A stretch of 64,000 nucleotides of DNA, from IMG/VR virus record IMGVR_UViG_2061766007_000578; one strand, given 5' to 3'. This document shows, one piece after another, positions 57,881 through 64,000 of the stretch; positions within the stretch are counted from its first letter, which is position 1; each line of letters starts with the position of its first letter. The DNA comes from an uncultured virus (IMG/VR IMGVR_UViG_2061766007_000578). Its lineage: Duplodnaviria > Heunggongvirae > Uroviricota > Caudoviricetes. The notes beneath the pieces are model-generated. The model was not told the origin of the DNA, searched no databases, and worked only from the letters and a program-made list of their open reading frames with translations. Both the position numbers and the translations under genes were made by a program.

Positions 57881-58702
57881 ATGGGCGATTCAGGATGGAT
57901 AAAACTGCATAGGCAAATTACTGATTGTTGGATATGGGACGATAACGAACCTTATACCAAAGCACAAGCATGGATTTATCTGTTGATGATCGTTAATCAC
58001 GATACTGTAAAAACTTTCTTCGATGGAGAAATTGTTACGGTAAATGCCGGACAGAGGATAACAAGTGTAAGGAAGTTGGCAGACAAATTCGGATGGAGTA
58101 GGTCTAAAGTAACACGCTTTTTAACCCTTCTGGAACAAGACAATATGGTGAAGGTTGAGAGTGACACAAAAAAGACACTTATAACCGTGATAAATTACGG
58201 AAAATATCAACTTGACGAGCCACGAAAAAGCCACGAAAAAGACAGTGACGAGCCACAGAAAAGCCACGGTCGAGCCACGGTCGAGCCACTGACGGACACA
58301 AACAAGAATGATAAGAATGAAAAGAATGATAATAACCCCCCTATATCCCCCCTTGGGGAATGGGATTATAAAAAACATTCTAACCTTGAAAACACAAAAC
58401 ACATTCTTAACAGCGGTTTGTATTCAGAAGTCGAACTGTTAAAAAACTATCCTGCCTTATGGGAGAGTATCAAAAAGTGGATGAAGTATAAGGACGAAAA
58501 ACCGAGATCAGGAAACCACTATAACGGAGATACATCAATCATCACTTTGCTGAATAAGTTTGTAGATCATTGTCGAAGTAGTGGTGAAGAAGCTGTGATA
58601 CAGGTTGTGGATGAAAGCATAGCGTCAAACTATCAGGGTATTGTTTGGGATAAGTTAAAAGGTCAGGCGGCAAAGGGTACTGATTGGAGCAACATTAAAT
58701 GA
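57881..58702 (+). CDS. Replication initiator protein
   Basis: GWIKLHR N-terminus, wHTH, internal iterons. Confidence 0.85.
   Translation: MGDSGWIKLHRQITDCWIWDDNEPYTKAQAWIYLLMIVNHDTVKTFFDGEIVTVNAGQRITSVRKLADKFGWSRSKVTRFLTLLEQDNMVKVESDTKKTLITVINYGKYQLDEPRKSHEKDSDEPQKSHGRATVEPLTDTNKNDKNEKNDNNPPISPLGEWDYKKHSNLENTKHILNSGLYSEVELLKNYPALWESIKKWMKYKDEKPRSGNHYNGDTSIITLLNKFVDHCRSSGEEAVIQVVDESIASNYQGIVWDKLKGQAAKGTDWSNIK
58218..58289 (+). repeat. Iterons (AGCCAC at 11-bp period), putative origin of phage B
   Basis: Copies at 58218, 58229, 58251, 58262, 58273, 58284. Confidence 0.8.
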
Positions 58703-59142
58703 CAAGGGAAGAACTTAAAACAAATTTGCGGAACATAGAAACAGCATATCCGAACAGGATCACAATAACACAGGAAACTTTCGATGTTTGGTTTGAAATG
58801 TTGGGTGATTTAGACGGAAAAGTTGTTAGTCAGGTTGTTGCAAAGATCATAAAGACTTCTCACTATCCACCTACGATAGCTGACATAAGAGCCGGATGCG
58901 AAGAACATAATGCAGAAATAGCACGAATGACAGCCGAAGCAAAGAATGTATTTTATGATGCGCTAACTTATTTCTACGATCCTGAAATGGATAAAAAAAG
59001 ATTGTGGTCGGTGTTCTGTAAAGGGATAAAACACTTTCCCTACGAACAGAGGATGAAAAAGATATATGAATTTCGGGATAAGGTCAGAAATACAGATAAA
59101 CTTCCGGGGGTAGAGGACTTTATAAATGAGTTTACACGCTGA
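58699..59142 (+). CDS. Helicase loader/inhibitor (G39P-like)
   Basis: AYP..W..L.DLD..PPTIADIR. Confidence 0.75.
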   Translation: MTREELKTNLRNIETAYPNRITITQETFDVWFEMLGDLDGKVVSQVVAKIIKTSHYPPTIADIRAGCEEHNAEIARMTAEAKNVFYDALTYFYDPEMDKKRLWSVFCKGIKHFPYEQRMKKIYEFRDKVRNTDKLPGVEDFINEFTR

Positions 59143-60397
59143 AAGAGAAATAATAGGCAATCTTTTAGTAAATCCTAATTGCATAGATCAGATATACAAC
59201 ATCATAGAGCCTGAAATGTTCACAGATGATTTGTTGGGTAGTGTGTATGCAGAGTTTCTAAAGGGCTATGAAAACAGGTACGAAGTAAACGAGGTTGTTT
59301 TAGAGCAGAAACTTGTAAATGACAATATACCGCTTGCCTTGTTTCAGGAAGAATTAGAAAAATGTATATCACTGAATGTCACGACAGCCACAATAAGGAC
59401 TAATGCAGAAATACTCTTAAAGGATTTTAAGGCACAAAGACTTAACACAATACTGAACCGAATAAAGGTACAGCCTGACAAGATATATGACCAGATAGGC
59501 ACTTTAATGAATGACTTGGAACATCTGTCAGAGGGAAGGAAATCACAAGCTGTATCTGTATCGGCATTAACAGACAGGTTTAAGGATCACTACTTTTGTG
59601 ATGAAGCCGGAAAGGGATTAAATACAGGCTTTAAGAAACTTGATGAAATGATAGGCGATTTAACAGGTGGTGATGTGATAGTCATAGGGGCAAGACCTTC
59701 TGTTGGTAAATCCGCTTTCGTAACACAAATAGCAATGAACCTGACAAAGCAAGGTAAAAAGGTTGGCTTTTACAACTTGGAAATGCAGGAACGGCAGATG
59801 TACGAAAGGTTTGTAGTGGCTGAAAGCGGAATCGGATTACAGAGATTAAAACGGGCGGTAGCTTTTCAGGGTGACGAGAAAGAAAGGTTTGATAAAGCGA
59901 ACGAATATTTGAACACCTGTGAAAACCTAATCATTAACACAGGTGCATCCAAAATGTCAGACATAAGAGCCGAAAGCCGACACATGAACTACGACATAAT
60001 CATCATTGACTATATGCAACTAATAACGCCTGACACTTCATACCGGGGAAACAGGGCGGCAGAAGTAGGAGAGATCAGCCGGAACATAAAAAACCTTGCT
60101 ATGGAACTTAATATCCCGATTATCGCCTTATCACAGTTGAACAGGGTTTCCGAAGTGAGAGAAACAAAAGAACCTACAATGTCAGAGTTAAGGGAATCGG
60201 GGAATGTGGAACAGGACGCAAGTATCATTCTTCTGATGTGGAACTTAACAGAGGACAGGGACAAGAAAGGTCTGAAAGCAGATAAAAACAGGCAAGGCAA
60301 GGTAGGCAAGGTCACACTTTCCTTTGACGGTGAACAGATGAAGTTTGTAGAGGAAGAAGATTTTGTAGAGGTTGAAGAAGAAACACCCTTCACATGA
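59126..60397 (+). CDS. dnaB: DnaB-family replicative helicase
   Basis: GARPSVGKS, IDYMQL, LSQLNR, LRESGNVEQDA. Confidence 0.95.
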   Translation: MSLHAEREIIGNLLVNPNCIDQIYNIIEPEMFTDDLLGSVYAEFLKGYENRYEVNEVVLEQKLVNDNIPLALFQEELEKCISLNVTTATIRTNAEILLKDFKAQRLNTILNRIKVQPDKIYDQIGTLMNDLEHLSEGRKSQAVSVSALTDRFKDHYFCDEAGKGLNTGFKKLDEMIGDLTGGDVIVIGARPSVGKSAFVTQIAMNLTKQGKKVGFYNLEMQERQMYERFVVAESGIGLQRLKRAVAFQGDEKERFDKANEYLNTCENLIINTGASKMSDIRAESRHMNYDIIIIDYMQLITPDTSYRGNRAAEVGEISRNIKNLAMELNIPIIALSQLNRVSEVRETKEPTMSELRESGNVEQDASIILLMWNLTEDRDKKGLKADKNRQGKVGKVTLSFDGEQMKFVEEEDFVEVEEETPFT

Positions 60398-60405
60398 GGT
60401 AGACG

Positions 60406-60696
60406 ATGGAAGAATACACAAAACTAATCAAAGAGATTTCAACGGAACTTTGGAAAACCTTTTTACCGATGATCGAGATTGAAAAGACAGATGATTTCTA
60501 TACAGGTGCAAGAAAGATTTATTCGGACATAGCTGATAAATACAAAGGCACAGTAGCGGAAGGATATGCGGTAGATATGGCAGTGTTCTATATGATGCAG
60601 GTGCAGAGAATAGACAAAAAAGACAACAAGCATGGTAAGTGGGGCGAATTGTGGGACGCTTTAGAGTATTTGAGAACGGGTGTTAAACCCCTCTAA
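60406..60696 (+). CDS. Hypothetical protein
   Basis: RBS GAGGT. Confidence 0.55.
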   Translation: MEEYTKLIKEISTELWKTFLPMIEIEKTDDFYTGARKIYSDIADKYKGTVAEGYAVDMAVFYMMQVQRIDKKDNKHGKWGELWDALEYLRTGVKPL

Positions 60697-60789
60697 CAGC
60701 CAAAATAAGACACTTAAAAACCGTTAGCCTATAAAGTTAGGCAGACAATATAAAAACTCAAATTTAAGGCAAATAGAAAGGAGTAACAC

Positions 60790-61194
60790 ATGAACAAATG
60801 GATAGGAATGGGAAACATCGGAAAAGATGTAGATGTTCGGACAAACGGAGATTCTACCGTGGCAAGGTTTTCACTTGCGGTCAAAAGGAAATTTGCAAAG
60901 GAAGGAGATATTGATACCGATTGGATTAGCGTTGTGTGCTTTGGTAAACTGGCAACCTTCGCTGAAAAGTATCTTCACAAGGGTTCAAAGATCGTTGTTG
61001 AAGCGAGAGTTCAGACGGGTTCATACACCAACAAGGACGGAGTTAAAGTTTACACTACGGACTTCATAGCAGAAAGTATTGAGTTTGCAGAAAGCAAGAA
61101 AGCATCTGAAAGCAACGAGCCGAAAGAGGAAAAGCCGGATGATGGATTTATGAACGTGCCGGACGAAGATACAGACGAGTTACCTTTCAGATAA
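60790..61194 (+). CDS. ssb: Single-stranded DNA-binding protein
   Basis: OB-fold SSB motifs; DELPF tail. Confidence 0.95.
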   Translation: MNKWIGMGNIGKDVDVRTNGDSTVARFSLAVKRKFAKEGDIDTDWISVVCFGKLATFAEKYLHKGSKIVVEARVQTGSYTNKDGVKVYTTDFIAESIEFAESKKASESNEPKEEKPDDGFMNVPDEDTDELPFR

Positions 61195-61208
61195 AAGGAG
61201 AAGAATAA

Positions 61209-62300
61209 ATGGAGATCAAGATAGATAAAACAGACTTGCTAAATGCGGTTAATACAGTATCAAAAAGCGTTGCTACGAAAACTACAATGACCATCCTTGA
61301 GTGTATTTTAATAACGGCAGAGAATGACGAGATAAGGTTTACCGCTTCAAATATGGAACTTGGGATAGATTGCTATGCAGATGGTCAGATAACGGAAGGT
61401 GGATGTGTAGCAGTTGAATGTAAGACTTTCGCACCGATAGTAGGAAAATTACCGTCAGGAGAGGTTGAAATCAAGGTGGAAAACAATGTGATGAATATTA
61501 AATGTGGCAGATCAAGATTTAATATTCCCGTCCGTGATGGTAATGAGTTTCCGGCAATGCAGAACATTCAGAGAGAGAACGGAATTTCAATGTCACAGGG
61601 AGAGTTAAAGGACATAATCAGACAAACAAGTTTTGCTTGTGCTTCAAACGACAACAACAAACTAATGACCGGATGCTTGTTCAGTATATCGAACAATACA
61701 CTTAAAGTAGTGGCACTGGACGGACACAGGATAGCAATAAGGGAGAAGGATTTAGGCAAAGATTATGATGACTTGTCAGTAATCATCCCGGTGAAAACAC
61801 TGTCAAATATTGTGAAGATCATAAACGAAGGTGACATAGACATTTATTTTGCTGATAATATGGCAGCTTTCAAATTTGACAATACCCTTGTCACTTCAAG
61901 GCTTATCGAAGGTGAATACTTTGATATAAACAGAATGATGAACAACGAGTATGTAGCAACAGTTACGGTTAACAATGATGATTTTGCCGCTTGCCTTGAC
62001 AGGTCATTACTTCTGATAAACACGGATGATAAAAAACCTGTAGTGTTGGAAATCACCAAAGGGTCAATGACTACTTCTATAACGACAAATTTAGGATCAA
62101 GTCAGGAAGAAATAGAAATTGAAAACGAAGGTGAGGATATCAAGATAGGCTTTAATCCGGCTTTCATACTAGATGCTTTAAGAGTGATAGATGATGAAGA
62201 AGTAAGCCTGTATTTTGCCGGACAGAAAGCACCGTGTTTCATAAAGGGTGAAGGGTACAACTACATTACACTTCCAGTACAAATACAGGGGGCAAAATGA
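61209..62300 (+). CDS. dnaN: DNA polymerase III beta sliding clamp (phage-borne)
   Basis: 363 aa; ILECILI, ALDGHRIA, SRLIEGEY, IGFNP, LPV. Confidence 0.93.
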   Translation: MEIKIDKTDLLNAVNTVSKSVATKTTMTILECILITAENDEIRFTASNMELGIDCYADGQITEGGCVAVECKTFAPIVGKLPSGEVEIKVENNVMNIKCGRSRFNIPVRDGNEFPAMQNIQRENGISMSQGELKDIIRQTSFACASNDNNKLMTGCLFSISNNTLKVVALDGHRIAIREKDLGKDYDDLSVIIPVKTLSNIVKIINEGDIDIYFADNMAAFKFDNTLVTSRLIEGEYFDINRMMNNEYVATVTVNNDDFAACLDRSLLLINTDDKKPVVLEITKGSMTTSITTNLGSSQEEIEIENEGEDIKIGFNPAFILDALRVIDDEEVSLYFAGQKAPCFIKGEGYNYITLPVQIQGAK

Positions 62301-63454
62301 GAGCGATAGAAGTTTTAGATAATATAAAAGGATTTCCCTACGATGTAATGAATTACGGGTTATGTCAGGCAGAAGCAGAAGTAATAATACCCGCTTTAGA
62401 ACGTCAGATACCGTACAAAGGGGATGTGTGCCAGTGTGGAGTAAAGGCGAAGGGTAACTATTGTAGTTTATGCGGGCAGAGGTTAAGTGAATGGGATATA
62501 CATTAAGTGAAAAGATCGTAATTATGGGATATATCGCACCGTGGGAAATAAATACGGTGCGAAGAAAAACCCGTGAAGGTGAACACATAACATTCTTTCA
62601 GGACGGAACTGCTGAACTTGGTAAAGGCATAGTCTTAAAGAAGTATAAGCACCACGCATTATGCAAGGTTGGATTACTGAATAAAAGTGTTATGTGGGTT
62701 GATGTAATCAGAGGTGGGAAACAATGAATAACTACGAAGAAGAATGTTGTGGAAACTGCGAATATCACAAGGTAATCAGGCAAGATACGTTTTGTTGTAA
62801 TAATCACGAAAGCGATTACTACGGGGACTATACAAACTATGAGGATAGCTGTCCGTTCTGGAATGAGAGATAAGAAAGGAGATAGTGATGGTTTATTGTG
62901 CGAAAGAGATTAGCAAGGAAGTATACGACAGGGCAGTTGCAAATAACGGAAGAATAGCAAGGGAAGATATAAACGATGTGTTTGATATCAGTATTCTTTG
63001 TGGATATGGCTTATATGGAACAAGTGTAAGAGAAGAAAACGGAAAGTATTACTGTGATTATCAGAGAGGAAGTACCTGTGATTAAGGGGGTAAATATGAT
63101 AAACGCAACATTAAATGTAAATAGCCTGCCAAATTTGGAAGATAAAACGGGTTATATGGTAGTAATCAACGATCACGGTAAGCTGTGGTATTACGGCTTG
63201 TATGAAACATTAGAACGGGCAGAACAGGCAATAGAGGAAACAGGCAGAGAAGATTTGTTTGTGGTGAAGATATGAAAGAATGTGAGAATTGCGAACTATT
63301 GTTAAAAATCAGAAATGAAATCACCGATTTACAGACATACCTTTGCTATACAGGTGATGAAAAGAAGATAGAACTGGATAAAGTGTTAGAAATAATTGAT
63401 TACTATATCGGAGATAAATATGATGATTATTGTAGTATAGCCACAATAAAATAG
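62297..63454 (+). other. Cluster of small hypothetical phage ORFs
   Basis: Coupled ORFs at 62297, 62491, 62885, 63054, 63272. Confidence 0.55.
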
Positions 63455-63464
63455 AACACCTCCT

Positions 63465-63541
63465 GTTCAATTTCTGTTCGACAAGTGGTACGGGTGTACG
63501 CCGTTTAGAACTATTCACGGTATAAAAACCCGTGTTATCGT
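63465..63541 (+). promoter_or_regulatory. Third promoter with the shared operator architecture
   Basis: GTTC-N7-GTTC, GTAC-N8-GAAC-TATTCA-N18-TATCGT with extended TG. Confidence 0.5.
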
Positions 63542-63579
63542 TGAATCAGGAACAGAAAAAAGAAAAGGAGGAAACGCTT

Positions 63580-63708
63580 ATGACAAATCACGAAATTATT
63601 AAAAGGTTAGGATGTTTGGATATCAGGGATGCAGAGCCAGAGGATTACGAAGCCCTTGTTTTGGCTATTGAAATCTTAAAAGAAATCAAAAACAACGAAG
63701 AAGGATAA
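63580..63708 (+). CDS. Small hypothetical protein (42 aa)
   Basis: RBS AAAGGAGG; EALVLAIEIL motif. Confidence 0.55.
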   Translation: MTNHEIIKRLGCLDIRDAEPEDYEALVLAIEILKEIKNNEEG

Positions 63709-64000
63709 GAAAATGAAAGAAAACGGTCATAGATATTGCGACAGATGCGGAGTGATACTCACAAAAGCCAATAACAAAGGCGGTTATGAAATATGCGACA
63801 GGTGTAATGAATGGTTAGAGGAATATGTGAGAGGTAAAGAGAATGACAAATGAACAGCATATCGAAAACTTGAAGAAGCTGAAATCATTTCATAACGGTT
63901 CATACGATGCGTCCGTCAATGCCGCAATAAACGCCCTTGAACACGAACAGGCATTAAAAGAAGCGTTTAATATTGCCGTTCTGTACGGAAAAGAAAAAGG

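Larger units (their letters stand above)
43307..64000. mobile_element. Phage B lysis, accessory module, attP, immunity and replication (gap-free)
   Basis: Contiguous sequence with canonical temperate-phage gene order. Confidence 0.92.

Noticed and set aside
1..64000. Stop-codon reassignment
   Set aside because: Core genes are full length in the standard code and TAA, TAG and TGA all terminate genes

Overview
Gapped metagenome-style scaffold (16 N-runs) made entirely of temperate siphophage DNA from Firmicutes, most likely a Lachnospiraceae/Clostridia host (judged from DnaN and gene content). It is a chimera of at least two phages plus allelic fragments. Phage A (about 1-19032 and about 28993-41779) carries an HK97-type packaging, head and tail arm: ParB-Dam-class methylase, terS, a free-standing GIY-YIG endonuclease, terL with a class 3 LAGLIDADG intein, a capsid protein with an Ig domain, and a -1 frameshifted tail chaperone. 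It then has lysis genes, an intact attP (tRNA 3' end), integrase, Ltp, cI/cro and a primase-polymerase/helicase module with an iteron origin. Phage B (about 19043-28749 and about 43307-64000) supplies a second set of distal tail and fibre genes, two HNH cassettes with structured RNA leaders, lysis genes, an intact attP (tRNA-Lys 3' half), integrase, immunity genes and a DnaB-type replication module that includes a full-length DnaN clamp. The best candidate for a little-described system is the seven-gene module between phage B's lysin and attP (46272-49601). It encodes an HTH regulator, a papain-like protein, low-complexity proteins, a Gly/Cys-rich membrane-anchored helical protein and a BclA/C1q-like domain, and it has its own promoter cascade and a structured RNA leader. 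Both lytic switches also contain NrdR-box-like sites. All calls come from reading the sequence by eye; no database search was run.
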